A stretch of DNA of 64,000 nucleotides, taken from Candidatus Woesearchaeota archaeon. Lineage in GTDB: Archaea > Nanobdellota > Nanobdellia > Woesearchaeales > WAPY01. Made by a program: the position numbers and the translations under genes. This document shows positions 29,255 through 39,805 of this stretch, piece after piece. Under the pieces are notes generated by a model. That model was not told the DNA's origin. It saw only the letters and a program-made list of their open reading frames with translations, and did not search any database. The DNA lies in assembly GCA_049700835.1 (NCBI GenBank), contig JBNAUL010000002.1, positions 1-64,000 on the forward strand, written 5' to 3'. Each line of letters opens with the position of its first letter. Positions within the stretch are counted from its first letter, which is position 1.

Positions 29255-32200
29255 ATGAGCGATATGAGCGAGGATTTATCTCTTCAAATAAAGAGAAAGA
29301 GGAGAATTGATTCTCTTAAATATAGGTACATTTACAATGAGGAAGTTTTTTTAGAAAGCGAAATTCTTGGAGAGGGAGTCTTGGGAATTGTTTTTAGAGG
29401 AAAATATGTGAGCAGGTTGCCAGATACTGTTCTAGAGCGGGATGTCGCTGTTAAGATTCTTGAGCCAAACTTGTGGGAAGACCCCAACGCCCTAAAAATG
29501 TTTTCTGAGGAGGCAAAAAAAAATTGGGATATAATGCAAAAGGTTAAGAGTAAAAATGTTGTTGAACCCTTGCTGGTAAACAATTTCTTCATTAAGGAGG
29601 ATTCAAAACTCATAAGCGTGCCTTTCATGGTTCTTCCATTGTACAAGGGCAGCGTTCTAAAAATAAAGGATTCCTTGACAAGCATGGAAAAATTAAAGTT
29701 TTTAGAAGATGTGGTAAATGGTTTGGCAGAGGTTTTAGAAAAAAGCAATTATTCTCATGGGGACTTGCATCCAGGAAACATATTCTTTGATGGAATTGAT
29801 TTTGCAATAGGAGATTTTGGATTTGCAAACATATCCAAATTGGCAGGAAGCCCTTACATAAAAAAGTCAGGAGAAAAGAGCGCGTATGTCACGACATCAA
29901 AAATGCAGCTGATAGAATTCTTTTTTCCAGACAAGAAGTTGAATTTTGACTACGAGAAAATTGATGTTTACAGTTTAGGAGCAAACTTCATCTACTTGTT
30001 TTTGGATGATGTATTTTCAAGAGAAAAAAGAGATACTTATTCAATAAATCAATTTATAAGAGAAGAAAAACCGGATGTCGGCTACAAAAAAATCAGAAAA
30101 GAATTCATGTCAAGGATGCCTTTCGAGCTTTCCTTCCTTGAGGAGATTATCGAAAAGAGTTTCAATCCTGACGAGAAAATGGTATTCAAAGATGCAATAG
30201 TGATGCGTTCACGCATTCAAAATCTGCTCAGAACATATGACATTGATTATAAAAAAAATTACTTTATAGAAAGATCGATTGAACAAACAGCAAAACAAAT
30301 AGATGAAAAAAGGAAATCTCTAAAAGAATCGTTCAAAAAAATCCTGTTAGGAATTTCAGTTGTAGCCCTTGTTTACGCTCCAATTACGCTTGGAATTTTA
30401 TATTATAAAAATAAACTAGAGAAAGAGCAAAATAACAAGACGCCAACGATTGAGAACTTGTTGGAAAATGATGACACGATATACTCAAATTATTGGGATT
30501 TCAACAAAAAGGTCAAGTTCGCTTTTTCAAGCTCAAGGTGGAATGAAATACTGCAAAAATACAATAAAAACTATGGAGAACTCTTCACCAAAAACCAGAG
30601 TTCAATTTTTGATATAATAACCAATTCTGTTTTGGATGATTGGGAAATAGGCCCTGATTACAATGAAAAAGACAATTCAACATTTCCTAATCCTGTCATG
30701 CTTTTAGAAGATTCAGACAATTATGTGGTATTCAAAATAGTCAAAAACAATGAGACAAAGTTTTTGGCATTAAATATCTCCAAAGAAAAGAAAATCTCAC
30801 TCGCAAAGATTGTAAATGAAATTTACGGCATAGAAGAAAAAACATCATATAATCAAACAAAACCAAACACTAATACCACGACAATGCCTCCAACAGAGAT
30901 AACTACTAATCCAAAAGAAACAAAACCAACAACCCCAACAAACACTACAACTCCTCAAACAACATTGGAGGACCAACTAAAGGAGTTTAACATTGTTGCA
31001 GAAAAGGAAATAAGGTGGTATTCAAAGTATTCAACTATACTTTACTCAGGATTCCTTGAACTATTGAACGAAAAGGAATTCACACGCATTTTATTGCAGG
31101 ACGACTTGAACAAAATCAGGAAATTGATTGACAATTCTTTAGTCAATGGAGAAATAGAAAAGGATTATTTAAACGGAGATTTTGGAAACAAGGAGGTTAT
31201 AAAAAACATAGGCGTTGATTATGAAAAGGGCTTTTTGGTAGTTCAGATAGGCACTGATAAATTATCACAAAAATTGTGCAGTTTTACAATAGGAACAAAA
31301 AACATAGCAGAGATGAATAATCTGCTCGTTTCAAAGAGTTATTATTTCAGGCCAATACTTGATTTGGCGAGCGGTTGGGAAAAGGGTTTTTTTTTAGGAA
31401 ATTATGATGCTGAATATTACATAACAAGAGACGATTTGTCTGCTATTTTGAGAAACAGTAATATTAATCTTGATGAACTATTTAATTCAAACAAACGATT
31501 AGTTTTAGAAAAGATTATGAATGGTTATGATTTTGACGGAGAAGCAAATAGCTTTATTTTGATGGGAAACAATCTCATTACAAATATAACAGGGCCTGAT
31601 TACAAAAAATACAACCTAACCCTTGCAATGTTGCCTGAAAATTCATTTTTACTGAAAAAAGCGATTGACGATTACAAAAATCCTGTTGTTGTTTCTCCGC
31701 AAAAATCAGAAATTCAAAAAACAATTGAAATGTTTGAGAGCTGCCAAGAATCAGTGCAGAATTATCCTAACTATGAGAGCGCGTTGGAGGTAATTCTCAA
31801 AGCAGACTTGGCTCCTTTAAAAAGCGTTCTTACAAATTATTATACGGATATAATAAGTAACAGCAAACTTGAAAGCATTTTGGACATTTTGATGGATTCA
31901 AATCAAGAAAATGGCGAATTAGAGTACTTAGTTGTAACTCAAGGTTCAAATAAGAACCTCCTGGTTTTTTTCAAGAACTCTGATAACAAACTCTATAAAG
32001 GATTTTTAAGTTTGGACAGCTCAACCTCAAACAATCTATACAATTATGCTATTGCCATCAATTATGTTGATTCAATAAAAAACTCGTGGGAGGATTATGA
32101 TTGGCTTTTAAATCCTCAGACAAGGGTTCAGGGAACAAAATGCTTGTCTTTCAAACCAAACAATAAAACAGTTTATATCAATGGTTATTTGTACAGGATG

Positions 32201-32530
32201 CAAGAAGCTCCATTCCTCTACAATGGAGAAGTATATATTTCATTGAGAACAGTAGCAGAGGCATTATTAGCAGCAATAAGCGAAAGGAGTTATGCAGAAG
32301 GATATCCTTATTTTTACAGACTTAAATACAATAATCACACCCATGATTTTTATTTAGGCACAAACTCCTTAATCAAAGACGGTTATAAAATAACGCTGAG
32401 TTCAGGGCTTACTCTTGCTGGAAAAACAGATTCAGGATTTTACATACCTGCAACATGGTTTTGCGATTTGTTCAATCTAAATCTGGTATGGGATTCTGAA
32501 AGGCAAATGTACAATCTTTTTGTTCCTTAA
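29255..32530 (+). CDS. Receptor-type Ser/Thr protein kinase: kinase - TM - large extracellular region - copper amine oxidase N-terminal (stalk)-like domain
   Basis: LGEGVLGIV, VAVKIL, HGDLHPGNI, GDFG, DVYSLG; TM ILLGISVVALVYAPITLGILYY; Thr/Pro linker; C-terminal VYING…APFLYNGEVYISLRTVAEAL…YIP…LVWD; TTTATATA at 29217. Confidence 0.85.
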   Translation: MSDMSEDLSLQIKRKRRIDSLKYRYIYNEEVFLESEILGEGVLGIVFRGKYVSRLPDTVLERDVAVKILEPNLWEDPNALKMFSEEAKKNWDIMQKVKSKNVVEPLLVNNFFIKEDSKLISVPFMVLPLYKGSVLKIKDSLTSMEKLKFLEDVVNGLAEVLEKSNYSHGDLHPGNIFFDGIDFAIGDFGFANISKLAGSPYIKKSGEKSAYVTTSKMQLIEFFFPDKKLNFDYEKIDVYSLGANFIYLFLDDVFSREKRDTYSINQFIREEKPDVGYKKIRKEFMSRMPFELSFLEEIIEKSFNPDEKMVFKDAIVMRSRIQNLLRTYDIDYKKNYFIERSIEQTAKQIDEKRKSLKESFKKILLGISVVALVYAPITLGILYYKNKLEKEQNNKTPTIENLLENDDTIYSNYWDFNKKVKFAFSSSRWNEILQKYNKNYGELFTKNQSSIFDIITNSVLDDWEIGPDYNEKDNSTFPNPVMLLEDSDNYVVFKIVKNNETKFLALNISKEKKISLAKIVNEIYGIEEKTSYNQTKPNTNTTTMPPTEITTNPKETKPTTPTNTTTPQTTLEDQLKEFNIVAEKEIRWYSKYSTILYSGFLELLNEKEFTRILLQDDLNKIRKLIDNSLVNGEIEKDYLNGDFGNKEVIKNIGVDYEKGFLVVQIGTDKLSQKLCSFTIGTKNIAEMNNLLVSKSYYFRPILDLASGWEKGFFLGNYDAEYYITRDDLSAILRNSNINLDELFNSNKRLVLEKIMNGYDFDGEANSFILMGNNLITNITGPDYKKYNLTLAMLPENSFLLKKAIDDYKNPVVVSPQKSEIQKTIEMFESCQESVQNYPNYESALEVILKADLAPLKSVLTNYYTDIISNSKLESILDILMDSNQENGELEYLVVTQGSNKNLLVFFKNSDNKLYKGFLSLDSSTSNNLYNYAIAINYVDSIKNSWEDYDWLLNPQTRVQGTKCLSFKPNNKTVYINGYLYRMQEAPFLYNGEVYISLRTVAEALLAAISERSYAEGYPYFYRLKYNNHTHDFYLGTNSLIKDGYKITLSSGLTLAGKTDSGFYIPATWFCDLFNLNLVWDSERQMYNLFVP

Positions 32531-32544
32531 TCTTTTTTAATCTT

Positions 32545-32808
32545 TTACCTTATCAGAACCCTTGTTCCGATACTCTGCCCAGGCATTCCCTTTTCAAAGA
32601 TAACCCTTAAAGCACCCTTATTTCCATGAACAGACGCTATTTTTCCTTTAATCTCTCTCTGTTTTTTAGAAGGAGTTTTCCAAATTACTTCTTTTCCTAT
32701 CAATTTCATTGCTTTTTCTTTGTTATCAATACCTTCCACTATTATGATTACATGGTTTCCCTTTGTATGGTGCCTTGCCATTCTAAAATTTGAGATTGTT
32801 GCTTCCAT
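32545..32808 (-). CDS. rpl35ae: 50S ribosomal protein L35Ae
   Basis: LIGKEVIWKTP…GKIASVHGNKGALRVIFEKGMPGQSIG; GGTGA SD before ATG 32808. Confidence 0.93.
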   Translation of the reverse strand: MEATISNFRMARHHTKGNHVIIIVEGIDNKEKAMKLIGKEVIWKTPSKKQREIKGKIASVHGNKGALRVIFEKGMPGQSIGTRVLIR

Positions 32809-33189
32809 GATTTCACCGCGCTGCTTTTGCACTGCTTTTGCAATTCTTTTTAAATTCTTTTAAGATTTAAATACTATTTTGGGATAATAGGAATATTTAA
32901 AAAACTTTTGTTTATTACCATAGTTGGCAAAGTTGATAAAGCTTTGTTTTCAAAGGCTTAAAAATTAGATTGGTATTTTATATTTTTATGAAAGATTGGT
33001 TAAATTTAAATTAAAAGTAGATAAAAATAATTACACTTAGATTATCAGACAGAAAAATAAACTCTTTAGCTTAAGCAGAATTTGACCTATAAGACTACAC
33101 TCTAAAGGCAGTCAAACTGTAGATGGTCAGACTGTAATTTGGGCGCAAATCATACTTATAACGAATTAAAAGGTTGCGAGAATTAAATT

Positions 33190-34007
33190 TTGAGTACTGG
33201 ATTGCAGAGGAACATAGAGGAGATTATAGAGGACATAAAAAAAGAGGAGAGAACTGCTCTCCATAAAGGCTGTGGACCTCACCAAATATGAAATAGGGCT
33301 AAGTGGAAATCAGGAGATAAGTTACAGGGTCATAAATCCCATAGGGGGAGCGACGAGCAGAGCTATTTCATAACCGACTATAACAGCAGAAGAACCATTG
33401 ACCTCTTCTAAGAACAAATTATACCTCAAACGACGGCACCAAAGTGCCCTACAAGGGACTCTACCTCGTAGTGTTGAAGGTGCCGCTCTTGGGAAAACAG
33501 GCAGCGCTAAAATTTTGGGATGTGGAGAAAAAATGACAGCAGCTGATTGCGTCTCTCTGGAAACGAACGAGCTGGCTGAGGAGCTCCTCTTTCTTGACTT
33601 CTTCAAACACTTTGCATTAGTAATTTACAGGGAAGAATCTTCGCGCTGAGCAAGCCAGCAGGAGATTCCTACCAGTCACCGAAGGCTTTGAATGCTTTGA
33701 ATGTTTTGAAATATTCTCTGCAAGGTGGACTCTGGACTTAGGAGAAGAGCTCAAGCGGCTTGAGAGCATATACATCCTCAACAATGTTGACAAGATTAAA
33801 AAGTTCTCAAACAAATATTTCAGCAGAGAAGTCAGGAGGAGAAATATGGAGAGGGCGGAACTTGAAAGGATAGTTGTGGAGAATCCCGAGTTCACATTTG
33901 CAGTTTACAGAGAACTGACTCCTCTTCAGAGACCCGTTAGAAGGCAGCCTTATAGGAAAGCTCCACACGAGCTCAGGCAGAGAAAAAAAACGCTGCAGAA
34001 GTCTTAA
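33190..34007 (+). pseudogene. Heavily decayed coding sequence of unknown origin
   Basis: Visibly GC-richer than its flanks; protein-like fragments in shifting + frames (ELLSIKAVDLTKYEIG, GTKVPYKGLYLVVLKVP, ELAEELLFLDFFKHF, LERIVVENPEF) separated by stops and frameshifts. Confidence 0.45.
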
Positions 34008-34274
34008 GCTTTATTGCCTTGCTCCACTCTCATTTTGTTTAGATGCAATTCCAGATACAATAATAAAGTTATGCTTGATTTCCTAACACGCTTTTAAAAA
34101 TATTTATCAAGTTTGTAAATAAGCTTCTTATAAAGATATAAGAACATAACAACAAAACATTTAGTAATTGTTATAGTTTTCAGATATTTGGCCTAGGAAA
34201 AACAATTTTATGGTATTTTTATCACTACTTAATAACAAAAATGAAAAGTTTTATATATCAGTTATGCAAGCCAT

Positions 34275-35564
34275 ATGAGCATGAAGATAACTGTCTTGTC
34301 TGATGGACACGGAAAGAATGGTTCTTCCTTGTTCATTCAATTCTCTGAAAAATCAGGGCTTGATAACAACATAAATGAAAAAACCCCTTTTCTAATTGAT
34401 TTAGGCCCAGGTTATGAGTTAGGAGTTACAGAATACTTGGAGAGAATTGGAAAAACCAGCAACAAGAAAATAAATGTTCTGATAACGCACACCCACGCAG
34501 ACCATTTTTGCCCTGAAAACCTTTTCTATAAAGCTTACGCATCAGGAATAAAGGAGATAAATCTTTTCGGCCCTGCGCAGGGAGAATACAAAAACGGAAA
34601 TTTGGAAAGTAAACTTCTTACGAGAAACACATCTGAATATGTTTTAAACGCAATAAATTCAAATCCAATAACAGGAGCAATTGAGCTTGAAATAAACTGT
34701 TATGACATTTTCCCATCTGGAAATTATGAAAAATCAGTTATAAAGCAAAAACAAAGGGATTCCTTGGAAATGGAAAAATTTTTTTTGGAAAAAAATAAAT
34801 TTATGGTTGAAATGGTTGAAGTGAACAATCTCTGTTTCTCAATGCTCAGCAGCAAGACATACAGCGTAAAAGGAGTTTATGGGGAGCATGTAATACCAAC
34901 GATATCAGGCTATTCAATAGAAGAATTGTTTCTGAAATTTGAAATTGACAATAAAGCAGCAAAAAATCTTGCAATTGACGAGTCAGAATTAGGAAGAAAA
35001 ATAAAAAATTTGAAAGATAAGGTCTTGGAATTCTACAAAAAATCAGAATTAATAAACATATTTTCCAAGAGCAGTGAGTTGGTTAAAGAAGCCAACAAGG
35101 ACTATGAAAAGGAAATAATAAAGATGGATTTAAAAAATGTAAAGGCAACATACATAACAGACACAGGCCTATACTTTGGTGAAAAGAGCATAATTGAAAG
35201 GTTTCAAAATTTAGCGATGGACTCTGACATCTTAATAGTAGGCGCTAACAAACTATTTCAAGAACAAGAAGGCACAGGTGGAAGATACCACCTAAGCTTA
35301 AAAGACGCTCTACTGCTGAAGGACTCAAGCAATTCAAAAAGGCTTTCTCTAATGCACTTTCCATGGACCATGGAGCGTTTTACAGATGACATTAAAAATT
35401 TTTATTTAGGCCTAAAAAACATGTCAAAACACCAGAAGGAAGCGTTTCTTAAATTCAACGAAATCCTATTAGAAAGAAATGATGTTTATATAGCTTACAG
35501 TGGAATTCAATACGAAATAACTTCTGATTTTTTCAAGGTAAAATCAAAGAAGTGGATGAAATAA
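34275..35564 (+). CDS. MBL-fold metallo-hydrolase, RNase Z-like
   Basis: LIDLG, THTHADH, GEHV…GY, YITDT, YHLS and LMHF motifs in RNase Z order. Confidence 0.8.
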   Translation: MSMKITVLSDGHGKNGSSLFIQFSEKSGLDNNINEKTPFLIDLGPGYELGVTEYLERIGKTSNKKINVLITHTHADHFCPENLFYKAYASGIKEINLFGPAQGEYKNGNLESKLLTRNTSEYVLNAINSNPITGAIELEINCYDIFPSGNYEKSVIKQKQRDSLEMEKFFLEKNKFMVEMVEVNNLCFSMLSSKTYSVKGVYGEHVIPTISGYSIEELFLKFEIDNKAAKNLAIDESELGRKIKNLKDKVLEFYKKSELINIFSKSSELVKEANKDYEKEIIKMDLKNVKATYITDTGLYFGEKSIIERFQNLAMDSDILIVGANKLFQEQEGTGGRYHLSLKDALLLKDSSNSKRLSLMHFPWTMERFTDDIKNFYLGLKNMSKHQKEAFLKFNEILLERNDVYIAYSGIQYEITSDFFKVKSKKWMK

Positions 35565-35663
35565 ATAGATTAAATAAGTTTTTGATTCTTTGCTTTTTTT
35601 AGCTTCTTTTCTTGCTTTTAGAATTTTTAGCAGTTGCATTTTAATTTTTTCTGTTTGAAATCA

Positions 35664-36866
35664 TTATATTAAATAATTCAAAAATACAGGAAAGATTAAG
35701 CAACTCATTAGAACAATTCTCTTTATGTTTAACGACTGAGAAAAAAACCCGATTGAGCTTGAAACTGCCAAAATCAACAATCCGAAAATGCCAGAACACA
35801 GCACTGTTACAAAGCTTAGGAAGAATATCATTGCGATGGAAACCTTTGCATAATCAATCCTTGAAATTATTGCACAAAAAATCTTTGACAATCTTAAGCT
35901 TATCAAACTTGCAATGCCTGAAGAAATTAAAACTGTTCCTATGATAAGCATGGTTGTTGCAAGGTTCAAATCTGTTATCTGAGAAATAACAACCAAAGCT
36001 CCGTTTCTTGCTCTTTCAGTTATGAGCAAAAAGATTGTTGCTAAAATGATATTTGAAGCATTAACAGCTCCTAAAATGCTTAAGAAATCCGCCTCATTTA
36101 TCTTCTTCAAAAAGGACCTGGCAAACAGAGCAGCCATTGAACTTGTAATCGCAGGAAACACAGCAGTTAAAGAACCAGAGAGGAATCCCAATGCAGAATT
36201 AACAGGAGAGATTTTGAATTCAACATCATCATCTTGCTCTGGAATGTAGGGCTTTGAAAACGAGCTTTCAAGCAAAACGCTGAGGCCAAAAAGCCCTGAG
36301 AGCAATGGCAACAACGGTTGTTTCAAAAACGGCATTCTCAAAGCGAAAAAACCAAGAATGCCTGAAACTAAAAAAACAAAAAACGCCCAAAACCTTGAAT
36401 TTTTTTCTTTGTGGCTTAGCATTAAGCAAATAGAAACAAAAATTAGGATTAAAGGAGTTAAAGGTTTTGAATAATAAAAAAGGATTTTCAATGCAAAAAC
36501 CATTACTGGAAGCATAATTACTCCTAAAATCATTGAAGCCAAAGAGCCAAAGATTATGCTCTCCATTCCAACCAATGCTTTCCCTTTGAGCAACATCCTG
36601 TGCCCTGGAAGAACGCTCAGCATAGTGTTCTCATCAGGGGCTCCTAAAAATATTGAAGGAATGTTGTCAATAAAAATGTGGGTTGACATCATTGCTGAGA
36701 TTACAACAACCATAAACAGAGCCTTGTTTTCAAAATTCAAAAAACCAGTCATCAGCATTTCAAAGAACATAATAGATGCAAGATTGACATGTATTCCAGG
36801 AATGAGCCCTGTAATCACTCCTGAAATTATGCCTATTAGCACTGCTGTAAAAAATTGTGCAAGCAT
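35664..36866 (-). CDS. Tripartite tricarboxylate transporter permease (TctA/DUF112 family)
   Basis: GVITGLIPGIHVN…IPSIFLGAPDE…SVLPGHRMLLKG; polytopic membrane protein. Confidence 0.9.
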   Translation of the reverse strand: MLAQFFTAVLIGIISGVITGLIPGIHVNLASIMFFEMLMTGFLNFENKALFMVVVISAMMSTHIFIDNIPSIFLGAPDENTMLSVLPGHRMLLKGKALVGMESIIFGSLASMILGVIMLPVMVFALKILFYYSKPLTPLILIFVSICLMLSHKEKNSRFWAFFVFLVSGILGFFALRMPFLKQPLLPLLSGLFGLSVLLESSFSKPYIPEQDDDVEFKISPVNSALGFLSGSLTAVFPAITSSMAALFARSFLKKINEADFLSILGAVNASNIILATIFLLITERARNGALVVISQITDLNLATTMLIIGTVLISSGIASLISLRLSKIFCAIISRIDYAKVSIAMIFFLSFVTVLCSGIFGLLILAVSSSIGFFSQSLNIKRIVLMSCLIFPVFLNYLI

Positions 36867-37068
36867 TAAAAGAAGGTTTTGATTTTTCTGTTTTTATAAA
36901 GTTCTTCTAAAAAAATTGAGAATTTTCCGATTTATGCGTGATTTTAAAATTCAAATCAAAACTTGCTGATAGAAAATTATTGAAGAAGATTAAAAAATAG
37001 CAATACTTTGATAAAAAATTATAATAAAAACCATAAACAAAAATAAAAAACAAATAAAAATAATTTGC

Positions 37069-37380
37069 TTAAACATAGAGTTCTTCTATTAACTCCTCAA
37101 GCTCTCTCTCCTCTTTTGTTGTGGTTGTTATATAAGGCCACATTGTTATTATGAGTACTGCAAGAGCCAAAACCACCAAAATGTTAAGTTGTTTTAGTGT
37201 TATGTAGTGGTTTAAAAGTCCGATTATTGCAACAATCAAAAAACTAAAATACAGCAGAATCCCCTTGTTTAGAATCATATCAGCCCTTTCCCTTCTAAGT
37301 TTTGAGAGTTCTGCTCTTAAGAATATCGCTTCCTTTTCAATGTCCGAAATCCTTCTTTTAGGTAATCTTTCAAGTTTCAT
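37069..37380 (-). CDS. Small two-TM membrane protein (paralog of 5104-5415)
   Basis: GGGTGA SD; two TM helices; downstream of the KaiC-like ATPase. Confidence 0.75.
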   Translation of the reverse strand: MKLERLPKRRISDIEKEAIFLRAELSKLRRERADMILNKGILLYFSFLIVAIIGLLNHYITLKQLNILVVLALAVLIITMWPYITTTTKEERELEELIEELYV

Positions 37381-37565
37381 TTTTTCTCACCCTTATTTTG
37401 CTGATTTTTTGCACAATTTTAAATTACTATTTTTAAAATTAAAAATGCGTAAGCAGGTGCGCCAAAAAGCGAATTGTTTCAGTTATAATTCTTTGTTCTT
37501 AGCATTTAATTTAACATCCAAAATTTTCTTTTTTTGTGAGATTTTAATTTTTTATTTTTATATGT

Positions 37566-38315
37566 TCATTTTTTTAACACAACCAAACCTTGAGGCGTTA
37601 TTTTTATTGGTATCAAATTATGAGGGATTTGAGTTCTTCTCATCTTAACGATGTGCATTGCTCTTTGGGATTCCTTTATTTTGAAATCGCTCAAAAGGTG
37701 CAGTGTTATTACAGAATCAGCAACGAACTCCTCAACTCCAAATCTTGAGAACCTGTTGTTTTTAAGATCAACAATTTCAGAAGTTAGAATTGATGTGCAA
37801 CCAACCCTTTTTAGCTGGGATGCAAAAGCATACAACTGTTTTCTAACTTCAAACTCGTTGTCAAGAGCCATTCCAAGAACACTTGTGGAATCAATAACAA
37901 CCCTCTTGGCTCCTACTTGGGCTATCTCGTTTATCAAGAGCGTCTGAAAATTTGTAATTTCGTATGGATAGATGTAAACGAATTTCACCTTTCCCTCTGC
38001 TTCCAACTTATCAAAATCCCAACCAAAAGTTTTTGCGTCATCCTTCAAGTCCTGAAGTTCTTCTTCCATTGATATAAACAAACCCTTTTCCCCTCTCAAA
38101 GCACCTGTATACAAAAATTGCAGAGCAAAAACAGTTTTTCCTGCTCCAGCTCCTCCTGAAACAAGGTTTACAGAGCTTGGAATAAAACCCCCACCTATTA
38201 TTTCGTCAAGCCCTTTGATCCCTGTAGGAACTCTTTCAGAGTCATGATGCATTCTTGGCTCGCTCTTGGTTCGAATTATCAAATCTTTTCTTGGAGAAAT
38301 CTTCTTCATCCGCAC
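37566..38315 (-). CDS. KaiC/RAD55-like RecA-superfamily ATPase (single domain)
   Basis: RVPTGIKGLD, GGAGAGKT, SMEE, RVVIDS, VEEFVAD, VKMR. Confidence 0.93.
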   Translation of the reverse strand: MRMKKISPRKDLIIRTKSEPRMHHDSERVPTGIKGLDEIIGGGFIPSSVNLVSGGAGAGKTVFALQFLYTGALRGEKGLFISMEEELQDLKDDAKTFGWDFDKLEAEGKVKFVYIYPYEITNFQTLLINEIAQVGAKRVVIDSTSVLGMALDNEFEVRKQLYAFASQLKRVGCTSILTSEIVDLKNNRFSRFGVEEFVADSVITLHLLSDFKIKESQRAMHIVKMRRTQIPHNLIPIKITPQGLVVLKK

Positions 38316-38392
38316 ACCTCTTTTTTATTTGTGATTAAATCTGATTTTTTGATTTATTGTAAATTCTAAATTTATTCTAAATAAAAATCTTT

Positions 38393-39109
38393 CTATTTAA
38401 AAAAGTTTTCTAATGTTCTTTCATAAAATTCTTTCTTCAACTGGCTTTTCTTCATTAAGGCATTAAGGAACTTTGTTCTCTTTTCCTTAGGCATCTTTTT
38501 GATGAGCATTACAATATAGTCAGGGTTCTTTCTCAAGAACCTTCTTACTATCTTCTCGCTTACCTTTTGCTTTTCGCTTATAAACCTTATTGCTTCCTTT
38601 GTCTTCAAGAAATCATCAAACAAGGAAATTAGCTGGGCTTTTTTCATTCCCCTAAAAAATCCTTCTCTCTTCAACGAGATGAACTTTACAAGCTGCAAAG
38701 TTCTTGTTACAGAGTCCTGATAGTTCTGCCTATCTATGTTGTTGAGGACCTCTTTCAGAACATCGCTGAAACTTATAATTTTCACATCGTAGTTTTCAAT
38801 TTTTGGAAATTTCAAATTCGTAACTAAAATCTTTTTGTATTCAAAATTTCCACCTAAAAAATCGTTCATTATTTTCTTTATTTTTTTCTTTACATCAGAA
38901 CTTTCAAATTTTTTAAGCAGATAATCCTCTTTTGTTGTTTCAGAACCAAGAGAACAACTAACTTCAACATGAAAAATTGATTCAAGATTTGAACTCCTAA
39001 ATTTCAAGGCAAGGATGTCAATTACGCTCTTTCCTGCATTGATGTCGTTTATTGTAAAAAAACCATTCATGCGAAGCCAAAGATTGACTATTCTCTTTTC
39101 TGCTTCCAC
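38393..39109 (-). CDS. Hypothetical protein with PD-(D/E)XK-like N-terminal fold
   Basis: EKRIVNLWLRMNGF…IDILA…HVEVSC; the catalytic Lys position is Ser. Confidence 0.6.
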   Translation of the reverse strand: MEAEKRIVNLWLRMNGFFTINDINAGKSVIDILALKFRSSNLESIFHVEVSCSLGSETTKEDYLLKKFESSDVKKKIKKIMNDFLGGNFEYKKILVTNLKFPKIENYDVKIISFSDVLKEVLNNIDRQNYQDSVTRTLQLVKFISLKREGFFRGMKKAQLISLFDDFLKTKEAIRFISEKQKVSEKIVRRFLRKNPDYIVMLIKKMPKEKRTKFLNALMKKSQLKKEFYERTLENFFK

Positions 39110-39292
39110 TCAAACCACCCCTTATTCTTTTTTTTTTCATTTCTTATTTATAAATGTTTTCTTTAATTTTTTATGAAACTTGATTTGTATTCAAATAAAA
39201 ATACAAAGTAAAATACAAAGTTTTAAATACCAACTATTTTTTATGGACTTTAAGTCCTTTAAAAGGACTGAATAAGTAGAAGGTGTAAAGAA

Positions 39293-39673
39293 ATGGGATT
39301 TAATAAATTCGGAAGAAATGAAAAAGGTTTTAGAGGGAGAAGATTTAGGGACGACAGAGAACCTCCTGTAAAAGAAGGAGAGGAAATGGATGTAACAATA
39401 GAAGCGATTGCAGAGAAAGGGGACGGTTTAACAAGGAAGGACGGCTTTGTAATCTTTGTGCCTGGAACAAAGCAGGGAGAAAGAGCGCATATAAAGATTA
39501 CAAAGGTTCTGAGAAGGGTAGGTTTTGCTGAGAAGGTAGGAGAGGCAAAAACCAAAGAAGCTCCAAAACAAGAGCAAAAACAGGAACAAGAAGAAGCAGA
39601 GGAAGAAAGCGAAGAAGATTCAGGAGAATATCAAGACACAGAAGATTTTGGAGAGGATTCTGAAGAATACTAA
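39293..39673 (+). CDS. TRAM domain protein with acidic tail
   Basis: PPVKEGEEMDVTIE…KGDG…GFVIFVPG…KITKV…GFAE. Confidence 0.92.
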   Translation: MGFNKFGRNEKGFRGRRFRDDREPPVKEGEEMDVTIEAIAEKGDGLTRKDGFVIFVPGTKQGERAHIKITKVLRRVGFAEKVGEAKTKEAPKQEQKQEQEEAEEESEEDSGEYQDTEDFGEDSEEY

Positions 39674-39805
39674 AAAGGATTTAAGAAAAATTCTTTTTGT
39701 TTTTTATTGTTTTTATTTATTTTTTTGTTTTTAAACAAATTCAACTTTGAAACAACTATAAAACAATATAAAAATTTATATACTGGTATTGTTTATATAA
39801 TACTC

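Noticed and set aside
33300..33700. RNase P or SRP RNA in the GC-richer intergenic stretch
   Set aside because: No RNase P GAGGAAAGUCC-type or SRP helix-8 motif found; fragments look protein-coding.
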